A stretch of DNA of 64,000 nucleotides, taken from contig NC_043017.1 of the NCBI RefSeq assembly GCF_006345805.1, positions 17,856,001 to 17,920,000 of the forward strand. The letters run 5' to 3'. Position numbers and translations under genes: made by a program. This DNA comes from Octopus sinensis (Eukaryota). Shown here piece after piece: positions 25,618 through 38,667 of this stretch. Each line of letters opens with the position of its first letter. Position 1 is the stretch's first letter. The notes under the pieces were generated by a model. The model was given only the letters and a program-made list of their open reading frames with translations. It was not told where the DNA came from and did no database searches.

Positions 25618-27850
25618 TTAATGTGTGAAAAAAGATTGTTTCAGAGTTATAGACCGTATATTTTGTAGAATATGAGCAGTCTTCATAAATACTATTTTCT
25701 GAATTTCTTCCATTTTGGGATTCCCTGGGATTTGAGACAGGTAATAATCAGCACCTTTTGCTTTTTTTCCCAGGACACCTACAACCATAGGTATTGTTCT
25801 AATCTTAAGATTCCACATTTTGCCAATTTCTATTTCAAGATTTTTGTACCTGCTCAACTTTTGGCAGGTCATCACAAATACATTTGTATCAATGGAACAG
25901 TTATATCAATGAGGAGGCATAATTTTCATCTGAAATCCTTCAATATAATATCTAGCCTATTTGCATGTGTCTGGCAGTTTGAAGAGAAAAGTTTTGTAGG
26001 GGTGAGATATGATCTTTTTCAAGCACTGGAGGTGGTTTGTGTTCCTACCAATTTGTATGACAGGGTAGGTCCAGGTCCTTGCAAATTACTCAGTGGAGTT
26101 CTATTATGGCTGCAGAGATACTTCGAGGGTGCAAGAAGGCTACACATGGAGACAATATGATTATTGGTTTCAGACTGTTTTTTACACACTCAACATGTTG
26201 GGCTGTTGCCATTCAAGACATTGGCCTATAGCTTCTTGCAAATGGGTATTGATCTTGAGCTGCTGTAATAAACCCTCCTGTCTTTGATTTTAAGCCAGAG
26301 GATGCTAACCACTGATGGGTAGTAACCATGTCAATATCAGCATTGTTAAGCTCTCTGTGGGTGGCAATCTTCCAAAAAATCTTATTGATGAGAAGCTGAT
26401 CTTTTACAATCATAGGACCCATGTTTACAGCATTTTTGCTTATTGGGGAAGATGCCATTTTTTGTTAAGAAGTTTTACATGTATTCAATCAAAACAGATG
26501 TTAATATCTTCTACATAGTTGTTAAGCAAGTTACAGGTCTGTAATTTTTAGGTTCATTTGTTTCTTCTTTCTGGAAGGAGTAGATATATAACACCATTAA
26601 CTAACCAAAACGGCATTATTATAGGGTCTAGTTAGCAGTCTATGGCTTTCTGAGAAGGCATTTAACCAAAAATAAGAAATTTTATCCTTTCCTGGAGACT
26701 GCCATTTGCTTGATTTTCTAAGAGCAGTTCTTACTTCCTCTATCTTGATATCTCCAGTTTTGCTCTTCTAAATAAGCTAAGTCAGTTTATAATCTGTCAA
26801 TCCAAGGAGCATTTTTAATGTGGGTTTTATCTTCTGCCCAGATTCTACTCCAAAATTCCTGTCCTTTTGATAAGCTTTTTGGATTGTTTTTAAATATGCA
26901 GTTGACCTTGAAGAACCTAAAGCATTTTTCACATGTGGACAACTTTAGCAGAGACTTTTTGCTTGATAGTTTCTGCAGTTGTGTCAATGTCAAGTATAGA
27001 TTTTATCAGTTATATTTTTCTCTTTAATTTTCCTATTTTAGACAGATTTAACTTAAAACATTCTATGTCTGATCTAAGTTGACTCGCTGATGAATTCACC
27101 CTTGCCAAGCAGGCTTTTTGTGGAGATGCTTTTATTCTGTAACCTTTTTCACTATATAAGCTCATTGAAAGCTTAGCAGAAGCATAATGAAGGTGACTGA
27201 GTTTTGTAATATTGATATCCTTAGTTGCAATTATGTCTTTAAGGACAAGGCAAACCTACCAATTACCATCTGGTTTTGCTTAGAATTGTGAATTTTTAGG
27301 AGACTGTCACATTCATCCATACTGGTTTTCTTAACTCTCAGCCATTCACTCGTGATTTGATCCTTCAAAGCAGTTAGTTCAGTTGAAACGATCTATTTAA
27401 CAATCAACACCTGTTTGATTTTCAATTTCCTCAATATTTAAGACTAGTTCAGGGAGTATTTCAATTCATTCATCAGTTACTTCGACTCTTTCTACCATTA
27501 TAGCATTTTCTATCAACAATAGGTTAGTCTGTAATTAGTTCATCAATTTCATTTTCATTCCCTTTTTATTCCTTACTAATTGTGTAATTTGATCAATGGT
27601 CAGTCTCTAAATCAGTCAGTAATTTCGTTTTTTTGGGTTTTTTTTCCATAATGTTTCTTCTGACATTAGCAAGCTTTTATTTATGTTGTGTCTTATTCCA
27701 GGATGTATCTTTCTCCAATTTAGGTATGTTTGTTTCGTATTGAGATTTGTCTGTGGGGACATACATGACATCATAGAAGGTCTTAACTTGTATGTTATCT
27801 TCCCTAAACCATTATTCATTCCTTCTCCTTTCATAGTTTGTTCAACATAG
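25618..27850 (-). mobile_element. R4/Dong-like (restriction-like endonuclease) LINE, degenerate and internally deleted
   Basis: Peptides WLASSGLKSKTGGFITAAQDQ, a CRVC...H...C zinc knuckle, KLSRYKNLEIEIGKMWNLK...PMVVGVLG and FWSRIW. Confidence 0.8.
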
Positions 27851-28047
27851 AGGTCGTCTGCTGGAATATTCCAGTTTTCATCCTCCTGGGGCTGATAAAA
27901 TAAGTACCAGTAAAGCACTGGGGTCAGTGTAATTGACTCACCTCCTCCTTCCAAATTTCAGGCCTTTCAGGATTATTATTATTTGCCATCTTCTATGCTA
28001 TATACCATTTCTCATTTCTACTCACTCTCTCTCTCTCCATATATATC

Positions 28048-28341
28048 ATCCGAACGTGGCTGTTACCAGCACCGCCCCGACTGGCCTCCGTGCTGGTGGC
28101 ATGTAAAAAGCACCATCCGATCATGGGCATTGCCAGCCTCGCCTGGCCTCTGTGCCGGGGGCACGTAAAAAGCACCCACTACACTCATGGAGTGGTTGGC
28201 ATTAGGAAGAGCATCCAGCCGTAGAAACACTGCCAGATCAGACTGGGCCTGGTGCAGCCTTCTGGCTTCCCAGACCCCAGTTGAACTGTCCAACCCATGC
28301 TAGCATGGAAAGCGGACGCTAAACGATGATGATGATGATGA
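28048..28341 (+). mobile_element. Family C retroposon
   Basis: Two modules, the conserved block and a (GAT)n tail. Confidence 0.85.
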
Positions 28342-29509
28342 TTAGGGTAGCAAGATGGCAGAATTGTTTGCATGCTGGACAAAATGCTTAGCAGCATTTC
28401 TTCTGGTTTTATTTGTTGTATAGAATTATCTTTCTTGCTGGTGAGCATGTCCTGCAGAGTGTATAATAAAATGATGAGACTTGAACCTGTGACTGTATAC
28501 TGCATGCAATATTCGAACCAGTTAATGTCTAAAATTGCAAACCTTTTTAACCTTCACTGCTGATAATGATGTAGTGAAGTAACCATATGGAAAAACTCTC
28601 TCTCAAATGCAATGGAAACCACTGAACCAACCTTCCAACCATCCAAATATAATTGCTTGGTTTGATGAGCTCAGCTGACTGTAACTGTTTCTATAGCAAC
28701 TGTTTAGAGGTATGTTAGTATGTCATTTATGTAAGTGTGGGCCTATCAATGTTTCTACACTAGTCTTGCTAAGGGAAAAAATAAACTGTTCTCTCTGTGT
28801 GTGTACAGGTGTAGTAACTTGCCCCTACCACCACCACCACAGTATACATAGGAACTATTGTAATCAGCGAGGTGAGGGGGGAGGAAGTAAAGTGAAACAG
28901 AAAGGCATTGGTAGAGAGAAAGATGGTGGTCGTGATGGTGGTGGTGGTGGTGGTGGGTTTATGCTGATATGATTGTGTTTATGTTGATGTGAATGTGTTG
29001 ATAGTAAAGTTAATGAGATGATGCAAATAATAATGGTGACGAAGGCTTATAAATAGATTTTCTTTTCAAATTATCTGTAAATATTTTTAATTAATTTTGT
29101 TTTTTTATACATTGAATTTAATTAAGCATGACATTGACAGCAGCCTCATGCAATGGAGGTGTTCCACTGCCACCATTTATCATTGTACAGTCACCTTCAC
29201 CACCACCACCACCATCTCTGACGCCACCATTAACATCACCAGTACCTCAACCATTCTGATACTATTCAGTCAAAATATATCTCTTGTGTTTTGTGAGAAA
29301 CCCAATGTTGGTTCTCCTGGTTGAAGCATAAATTGTGAAATGGTCAAATTTTGGCTGGTTTTGGCCATTAATTGGCTGAAGACTTACCATCACTGTTTAT
29401 CTTCCTTTTTTTATATTTTCTTCACTCTCTCTCTCTTGTTCTCTCTCCTTTTCTCTTAGATGCCATAAGAAATTTCTAACCAGTAATGCTACATATATAT
29501 ATATATATT

Positions 29510-29720
29510 ATATGCTGCAGCACGGAACTTTGTCAGTGAACAGGTCGCGGTCTCAAAGCGACGAAAATATTTTGGCAAATTAAATTTAAATGTTGAAGTG
29601 AATCTAATGTTTTTTGTGTTTCTTCAATGGCTTATAAACACCTTTCACGCTGCAGTTGTTTTCGTACCAGCACACGATCTCAGATCAGGTCACTTGCTAT
29701 GCAAGTACATCTCCGTAATA
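29510..29720 (+). repeat. TA-flanked short repeat with hammerhead-like topology
   Basis: TTTGTC...GTCGC-GGTCTCAAA-GCGAC-GAAA-ATATTT-TGGCAAA; the core is non-canonical. Confidence 0.4.
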
Positions 29721-29732
29721 CATATATGTATA

Positions 29733-30140
29733 TTCTCTTTTACTCTCTTTTACTTGTTTCAGTCATTTGACTGTGGCCATGCTGGAGAACCATTTTTAGT
29801 TGAGCAAATCGACACCAGGACTTATTCTTTGTAAGCCTAGAACTTATTCTATCGGATTCTTTTGCCAAACCGCTAAGTTACAGGGACGTAAACACACCAC
29901 CATCAGTTGTCAAGCGATGATATTGGGGGAACAAACACAGACACACAAACATATGCACACACATATATATATAATATATATATATATATGACAGGCTTCT
30001 TTCAGTTTCTGTCTACCAAATCCACTCACAAGGGTTTGGTCGGCCCAAGGCTATAATAGAAGACTCTTGCCCTAGTGGGGATGAACCCGGAACCATGTGG
30101 TTTGTAAGCAAGCTACTTACCACACAGCCACTCCTGCACC
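29733..30140 (-). mobile_element. SINE family A, near full length
   Basis: Reverse complement of 5275-5693. Confidence 0.9.
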
Positions 30141-30166
30141 TATATATATATATATATATATATATC

Positions 30167-30337
30167 GTCATCATCATCATCGTTTAATGTCCGTTTTTCC
30201 GCGCTAGCACGGGTTGGACAGTTCGACCAGGGGCTGCTCAGGCTCCAGTCTGATCTGGCAGAGTTTCTACGGCTGGATGCCCTTCCTAACGCTAACCACT
30301 CCACGAGTGTAGTGGGTGCTTTTTACGTGCCACCTGC
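30167..30337 (-). mobile_element. Family C retroposon 3' part
   Basis: (CAT)n tail plus the GGATGCCCTTCCTAAC block. Confidence 0.85.
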
Positions 30338-30367
30338 ACAGAAAAAAAAAAAAATATATATATATAT

Positions 30368-30417
<50 letters not shown>

Positions 30418-31741
30418 ATACAATAACAAAATAACTGCTTGTACACTTCATCAAAAAGTAATAAAATGATGATGATACCTTCACTTGTGTAGTCTGAATT
30501 CTATATAATGCTAGAGAAGGAAACCAACCTGTTTCTTTCAATAAACGCATCTAAAGCAAAATATTTTCATGGATCCTTAAAATACTATTGCGGCTCACCG
30601 ATTTACTATTTTGCTTGTGTGGACCCCTAAAAATATTATATGGACCCTGGTTCAGAACCTTTGGTCTGCTCCAAATACACCAACCCAGATAGCCTAACCC
30701 AGACTATATGGACTATATCAGTCAATGTCTCACATTTTAAAAAAGTAGTGTGATTCACTGCTGGTTTAGCTGCTGTTTTTAATAAATCAAACAACCACAT
30801 AATGGTTTCCTCTTTATTGTCAGCGTTGTTATTATTGTTGTGGTTAGTTCTTTTGCCGATGGTGGTTGCTATTGTTGTTCTTGTGGCGGTGATAGTGGTA
30901 ATGGTTGTGTTGTAAAGGCAGTCAGTGGTAGTTGTGGTGACCATAGTTTGGGCTGTAGTAGTAGTGGTTGTGGTTAATTTTTTTTACTGCATCAGTGTAT
31001 GCTTTTGGGATTACAATACTCTGCTGTTCTGTTTCAGTGTATATATATAATAAAAAAAACACACAAACCACACACACAGTATTGTCTGTCTATAAAAAGG
31101 TTATCTGGAGTCCACAGCTATTGTGAGAGAGCTCAGGAAATTGTGTAATTTTCTGCAGACTAACTGTACAGCTGCATTTCATATTAACTGCATCTTGACT
31201 GCATGCATCTCTCAAATCACTCACATCAGATTGTGTTCTTCCTGCTTCTCTTTTGTTTTATATGTTATCCTCTTGTACTGTTTGTTGCACTTAGATTCTT
31301 CTGTTCCACTAGTGTATTTCATTGCATCATACAACCACATATACACATACATATATGCACACACCTGCACATTTACTCGTACACATACTCATGAGCACAA
31401 AAACACACGCACATTCTTGCATCTACATACCTATATAATTGTGTAAATATCTCTACACACTTGTATACTCTCACATGCGCACATCAGTATATACACTTGC
31501 ATACAATTCCATGCTTAGAAACTTGCATCCAACACCTGAATGCACTTGTACGCATTCACATGGTCACACATATGCAGTTGCATGAATCCGCCTACATACT
31601 CCTATGCATACACGCCTGCACCTTTTCATGTACACACCTTTATATACCCAAATACATAGACTCACCTCATTCACTTATCACAAACTTGCATACACTCACA
31701 ACACATTTATCTAAATATGTGCTTCAGCATTTATATATATC

Positions 31742-31788
<47 letters not shown>

Positions 31789-31789
<1 letters not shown>

Positions 31790-31972
31790 GTGCAGGCCTG
31801 GCTGTGTGGTAAGAAGCTTGCTTCCCAACCATATGGTTCTGGCTTCAGTCCCACTGCATGGAACCTTTGGGAAGTGTCTTCTACTATATCCTTGGGTTGA
31901 CCAAAGTCTTATGAGTAGATTTGGTAGACAGAAAATGAAAGAAGCCCATTGTATGTTGTATGTATGTATGTG

Positions 31973-32011
<39 letters not shown>

Positions 32012-32400
32012 CAACTTACGTAGAAATGGATGTGCGTTCCGTCTATAATAACAAATGACTAAATAAAACATATGCATATATACAACATTAAATGTACGTA
32101 CCTACATCTACATGCATATATGGGTACAGGACACCAAAAATATATATATATATATATATTAGAAGGTTTGGAGATGATGTATGTCTTTGTGTCTGTGTTT
32201 GGCCCCACCACTTCTTGACAACTGGTGCTGGTATGTTTACATCCCTGTAACTTAGTGGTTCAGCAAAAGAGACCAACAGAATAAGTGCCAGGCTTAATAT
32301 AATAAGTACCTGCGGTTGAATCATTCGACTAAAGATTTCCAAGGTGGTGCCCCAGCATGGCTGCAGTCTAATGACTGAAACAAGTAGAAGATAAAAGATA
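31789..32400 (+). mobile_element. SINE family A, older copy with expanded or interrupted middle
   Basis: Head at 31789-31950 and tail at 32180-32400. Confidence 0.75.
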
Positions 32401-33192
32401 TATATATATACACACATGCACATAACTGCCTATCTATCTATCTCCCCCTCTCACACCCACCCACCAGTCTTGATTCCCCACCACTGGGGCACCCCCTTCC
32501 AACTCCTCCTCCATCCCTCTAGAACCGCCTTGTTTATCATGTCTTTCTTACAACATTGATGACATATCTGTTTCACTGGTCTTGGAAGGTCTACAAAGGT
32601 CATGGGCATTGGCACTTCCTCCAATCTTAAGAAGCTGTAACCGAAATATACACACTGTAACCACTTGAGTCACTTTTGTACACAACACACTAACCTACTT
32701 GCATATACATACACGCTGTAGCCCACTTATAAACACTAAAGCTTACTTATGTATACACACACACACATACTGCAACCTTGTTCATATATACACATTATAG
32801 CCTACTTGTGTACACACACTCATGTTCTATCCTACTTCTAAATATATACACACATCTACACACACATTTACACACTCTAGCCCTACTTATAATTAGACAG
32901 ACAAACTTTCTCCATTTCCCATTCCTCCCACCACATCCTGTGTAGTTTCAGATTTTGACACAATCCTCTTAAGTCATTTTAGCTCTAATCCATAATCAAT
33001 CCTAAGTTTAATCCTCTGGTATTTTATCTTTCTGGTATTTTTTTATCTCTCTCTCTCTCTTCTCTCTCTCTTTTTCTCTCTCTCTCTCTCTCTCTGACTG
33101 TGTGTGAGTGTGTATACACACACATATATAAAGTATAAATGCATCTATACTTGCATGCATGGAAGATGGACATTACACGATGATGATGATTT

Positions 33193-33237
<45 letters not shown>

Positions 33238-33250
33238 TTATGTATATATT

Positions 33251-33301
<51 letters not shown>

Positions 33302-33726
33302 CATGATGAACCACTTTTCGTAATGAAAGGTTTCTCTTTCAGAGTGAAAGGTAGACTTATGATGGCTATGTGTGGACTATAGTGTTATATGGTGGTGAAC
33401 AGATGACGCATGAAGGCTAGAAAGAAATAAAGCTAACATGGTCTGCTGGATGTGCAATTTAAATGTGCATGAACAACAGTATAGATGTGTTCAGAGATGC
33501 AGTATCAAAGAATGAAAACTGCATTGGTATGGACATATGGAGGAGGAGGAGGAGGATAAGTTAATGCAGAAGTACTGAATGTTTACACAAGATGGAACTT
33601 GTGGAAAGAGTGGGATGGGATGATGAAGGAGGTGATTAGCCAATACTCAGTACTTGAGAAATCCCACTAAGAGATGCTAGCATGGCATGACTGAAGTTCT
33701 GTGAGTATATGTATTACACACTATGT

Positions 33727-33945
33727 CAGTGCTTTTCAAACTTTTTGCTGGAGCGGAACCCCAAGGAAACATTCCACTGGCTCGAGGAACCTCTGTGCAA
33801 TAATTTAATAGTCTTATGCACACATATCTGCACAGGAGAATTAAAAATTACTGCCGATTTTAGCAGTTTTGTAACTTCTTGTGGAACCCCTGGACTGTAC
33901 TGGCGGAGCCCTAAGGTTCCACGGAACCCTGGTTGAAAACTACTG
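33727..33945. mobile_element. hAT-type MITE
   Basis: TIRs CAGTGCTTTTCAA and TTGAAAACTACTG, with a perfect 8-bp TSD CACTATGT. Confidence 0.9.
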
Positions 33946-33974
33946 CACTATGTATAGGATGTTTGAGCTAAATT

Positions 33975-34300
33975 TTGCGATATTGACAAGATTATAGCTG
34001 GGAGATAACAGTAGCTGCTCTCAGCTTCCACCATGGCCTCAGGATAGCTCCAGGACTTGGTGCATACGTCCTTCACTGTATCCCTGAGAAAATCTTTGAG
34101 CACTTCCTTGATCTTGGCCACAAAAGCGGTTGATGTCTTTCTCAGTGGCACCCACACATAGTAATCCATAGCATTACAATTGAGAGAATTAGAAGGCCAG
34201 AAATTGGGGCTTATGAAGTAACAGAAATTCCCCAACAACACTTCTAACTCTTTCTAGAGATATGGCAAGGAGGTGAATCCTGCTGCCACTAAGCTGACCA
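33975..34300 (-). mobile_element. Tc1/mariner (maT/DD37D-like) transposase fragment
   Basis: NFWPSNSLNCNAMDYYVW resembles the WPPNSPDLNPLDYYVW motif. Confidence 0.65.
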
Positions 34301-34879
34301 TCCCACCAATTCTATTAATAAATATCAGAAGCCTCCTACAAAGCAACAGCAAATGCAAAATTGCATACCTAAAGAAGCATGTAATCAAGCAATATGTATT
34401 GGAATCTTTTCTTCTAGTTTTGTTCCAGTTGATTTCAAATTTGGTGCATTGATGTAGTTTTGTATGCTAATTATGGAAATGAAATTAATTTATGCCATAA
34501 GTTAATAAATAAAAAGTTAATAGCTTTTCAACTTTGCAAATTTTGGCTAATGTTAGCAAATCAAAAGCCACAGACACATTGGTGACTGTTTCCCCGAGTA
34601 ACAAGCCAAGGTATAGTCTGCTTTGGGAAGGTTGTTGAGATAGATAAAACAGTCTTCTCAAGATCTAAATACATCCGATGAAGAGTGCTACCTCAGTGGT
34701 TGCTTTTCAGAGGAGTGTATTGCAAGATGAGGTTTGTTTATCTTTATGCAATGCTATGTTGGAATCACAACACACTAGAGGAATGCATATGTTTGGTGAT
34801 TCTTCCAGGAACCACAATTTTCAGGGACTTGTGGAGGACCTACTCTCAAATTCCTGAAATTGATTATAATTTTCAACAT

Positions 34880-35280
34880 AGAACATTAGGCCTCATGGAG
34901 GCAAAGTGGCTGACTACCTTTCAAGTGTTGGGCTCATGGAGGTAAGGTGGCTGAGTTCCTTTCAAATGGGCCTTATGGAGGCGAGATGGCTGAGTTCCTT
35001 TCGAGCATTGGGCCTCATGGTGGCAAAGTGGCCAAGCTCCTTTGTAGTGTTGGGCCTCATGGAGGCAATGACCAAGACCTTTGGCATTATGTCATGCTTG
35101 AGAAGACCCATCAAGCTGAGCAAAATTGGAGTCATGGCAGTTACCGCTGGCATGTGAAAGCACCCATTACACTCTCAGAGTGGTTAGCATTAAGAAGGGC
35201 ATGCAACTGTAGAAAACCATGCCAAATCAGACTGAATTCTAGCACAGCCTTCCAGCGTGCCAACACAGTCAAACCATGTC
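34880..35280 (+). mobile_element. Older family C copy with ~39-bp tandem array
   Basis: About five TTGGGCCTCATGGAGGCAAAGTGGC-type units precede a degenerate family C block. Confidence 0.65.
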
Positions 35281-36727
35281 TGTATGTATGTATGTATGTA
35301 TGTATGCATGCATACATACATAGATACATACATGCATGCATGCATTACATACAAATAAGAGCTCTTGAACCAAACATTAATCTTTGATGATGCATACTTT
35401 TATTGCTTGGTGAAAGGTACTCTCCTAAAGCTAAATTTGGTAGTTGTAGTATGTTGTACAATTTATCTCCAACTAGCAGAACCTGTAATATTTCACGTAA
35501 TTAATGGTAAACCTTATTTCTGAAAACTTAATCCAAAAACGTGACAGCATAACCTGTGTTGTGTCTGTATGGAAAGATAGTTGCTCATCTGCTACTCATT
35601 GAAAAGGACAAAAAAACTGGAGTATGATGAGTACTTAATGCACTTTGTAAATACACTTGATATACTTTATGCACAATTTTATAGAAGTATTCACTCTTAT
35701 TTTTTCTATTTTCCCCATAAACAAAAAAATATCCCGTACATATGATACAACCTTTATACAACCACATATATACAACCTGATAAAACCTGAAATACAACCA
35801 CATAAATAAATGTGAATATTTCATGGAATTGCACTTACACACATGCATTAAGTGATAGGTAATATAAAAAAAAAACTTAGTTCAATTTTTAAAAATACAC
35901 TTTTCACTATCCAAGCACCACCATCTTTCACCCCTCTGCTAAAATTATATTTTTAACTCTCCTTCTCTATACCATTACTACCTTCAACTAACCTTTTAAA
36001 CCACATAAGGAATATTACAGTCACTCTACCTCACATCATGGACACTTCTCTCTTCCTCTTTCTCTCTCCTTTTTGTTTCTACTCTTTTTCCTTTCAACTA
36101 GTCATGTGAAAGCATTACAATTACATTCCCTCTATCTCACTTCATGGATACTTCTCTCTGCCTTTTTTTTTTCTCTAATCATGTGAAAGCATTACCGACA
36201 GCCTAAGTAACATAATGACAAACAGAATTATTATAAGATGTTGCAGCATTCCACATTTTGAAACACTTGTAATTTAGAGAAAAATTTCATACTTCCACCT
36301 CTTCACAATTAAAATCCCGCTCCCCAAAAAACAAATGGAGATATTTGATTTATGAATGATTAGTTTTCCCCAAATGTTTTTCTATAAAAATACAAATAAG
36401 TGTTCCAAAATGTGGAATACTACAACATGATGAAAAATGAAAAATAAGTTGCAACTTAAGTTCCAAAGGGATAATGAGGGGAATGGGTAGACATTTAAAA
36501 AAGCAGGAGAGTGTTTTGAAATGTGGAAACAACATTTCCAGTTTCTTTTGGGTAATCTCTTGTATATATTCACATACAAGCACACTTATATATACATGCA
36601 TTGACATTGGTATCAAAGAAGGTGATAAGCGGTACCTAGAGCAAGTCCCTAGAAAAGACTTCCTGGAGACCACTGTCTGGTACAGTGTTAAAACAAGAAC
36701 ATAGATATCTAAGTACACACATTCACT

Positions 36728-36914
36728 TCATCATCATCATCGTTTAGCGTCCGCTTTCCATGCTGGCATGGGTTGGACGGTTCAACTGGGGTCTGGGAAG
36801 CCAGAAGGCTGCACCAGGCCCAGTCTGATCTGGCAATGTTTCTATGGCTGGATGCCCTTCCTAACGCCAACCACTCCATGAGTGTAGTGGGTGCTTTTTA
36901 CGTGCCAACGGCAC
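36728..36914 (-). mobile_element. Family C retroposon 3' part
   Basis: (CAT)n tail plus the conserved block. Confidence 0.85.
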
Positions 36915-37777
36915 AGTTGTGTGTGTAAATATGTGTGTATATTTTTTTTCTATTTTGTTCTTGTCATTATTGCTGTTGCTGTCTTTTGTTCTGTACCTTA
37001 TTTCCTCTTTCTTGATAATACTCTTGGGAATTTTATGATAGCTTTGTCAGTAAACTTTGGGTTTTTTAAAAATTTATTTTTGTTCTCTGTTTTTTCTTTT
37101 CAAACAATCAAGCAACATTTTCATATTGATTTTTAAACACTATTTTCTAAACCTGAGTGTACTATTGAAAAATACAGAGGGTACTGACATCCATCACCCT
37201 CTTTAAGTCGATGCTTCCCCTGGCTCTTTCCATCACCCACTTTAGAAACAACTTTATTAAACTATAATTAATTCATGTGTTCTATTTGTGTGTTGTGGAA
37301 CACACACACACACACTTGCTCATGAACATATGCTCAGAATTGAATTAGCAGAGAGGTTAGTGTTGGACAGAACACCTCATGGTATCTGTTTCAACTCTCA
37401 CTACTCTGAGATCAAATCCTGCCGAGGCCAACTTTATCTTTCATCCACTTGGGGTCAATGAAATACCAGCCCAGAGAGGTGGATCAGTGAAATTGTGGGG
37501 CAATTGGACAAGATGTCTTGCAGCGTTTGTTCTGTATGTTTGTGTTAAGAAACAACCTCCTTTTACAGGTCATTGTAATAGGAATATGGCCATCAGGATC
37601 CAGCTAATTGTGGTATGCCTAAAATGTCAGATAAAGCAACACACTTAATAATTTGTATGACTGTGAAATACAGAACTTGTATAAGAAACTGAGAGGATTG
37701 ATTGATAGATAGATTTTCATAGATATATATATATATATATGCTCCTACTCACATTCTATGTTTCTTGTTTGTTTCAG

Positions 37778-37847
37778 ACACATCTACTGGACTATAGGAT
37801 CTAATCCGGCCATGTGAGTTGGTGCGTGAAAATTTCACTATTTCAAG
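37778..37847 (+). other. Candidate 5' UTR exon of the MGC-start gene
   Basis: Strong acceptor TTTCTTGTTTGTTTCAG and donor AAG|GTCAGT. It has in-frame stops relative to the downstream CDS. Confidence 0.45.
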
Positions 37848-37925
37848 GTCAGTTATATATCAACCTATTAGCCTTGTTTATACTCATCAGATCCTCTCAT
37901 CCATTACTGCTATACATGCATATGC

Positions 37926-37958
<33 letters not shown>

Positions 37959-38004
37959 GTGAAGGATTTATACAGTAGCCATTCTGTTTGTTATTTCCAG
38001 CAAG

Positions 38005-38116
38005 GGCTCTGATGAAAGTATCATTAATTTTCTTCGGTTTTTCAATTTACCTCAATTGATCAATAGACTAATTGAGTAAACCTATCAATAATGACTGATG
38101 GAAACAGGTGTCAGCC
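38005..38116 (+). ncRNA. Type I hammerhead-like ribozyme motif with long stem II
   Basis: GGCT-CTGATGA...GAAA-CAGGTG-TC-AGCC. Stem I is GGCT/AGCC with a GUC cleavage triplet; the base of stem II is poorly paired. Confidence 0.5.
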
Positions 38117-38184
38117 AAATTTGCTATAATAAAGGAATTATATGTAATGACCATTACTTTAACTTGTCTATGATATATATATAT

Positions 38185-38400
38185 ATACGCATTTTTTTTC
38201 TCTCCTTGTTTTTCTCCTTTCTCCTTGTTTCTTTTCTCTCCTTGTTTCTTTTCTGTGTATCTTTCTGTCGAAGAGCGTAGGCTCGAAACGTAAAAGACTT
38301 GTTCTATTTCTATTCCTGAGCGCCATACTAATACATTTGCTTGTTTGTACTCCACCTGCCTTCATCTTTTGTTTATTTTCGTAAAGCTTCCCATTATATA
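38185..38400 (+). mobile_element. Short Penelope-like terminal repeat with minimal hammerhead variant
   Basis: TCTTT-CTGTCGA-A-GAGC-GTAG-GCTC-GAAA-CGTA-AAAGA at 38260-38297. Sister of 7860-8056. Confidence 0.65.
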
Positions 38401-38667
38401 TACACATATATATATATATGTGCATATACATATAGTAGATGGATAGTTTGTTGCTTTGTTCATTTGTTTTACCATACTAATATGAGTTGGCTGGAGATAT
38501 ATTTGAGGTAATATATTTTTATGACCACATGCCCTTACTGTCACCTTTTAATACCATATCTGATGGGTTTTTTACTTACTTTGGTAGAGAATACTCTCTC
38601 CTCAAGAGAGTACTTCAAAGTTAAAGTTATTTTTCTTGAAAAATTTCTGTCTGTATGTATGTACGTA

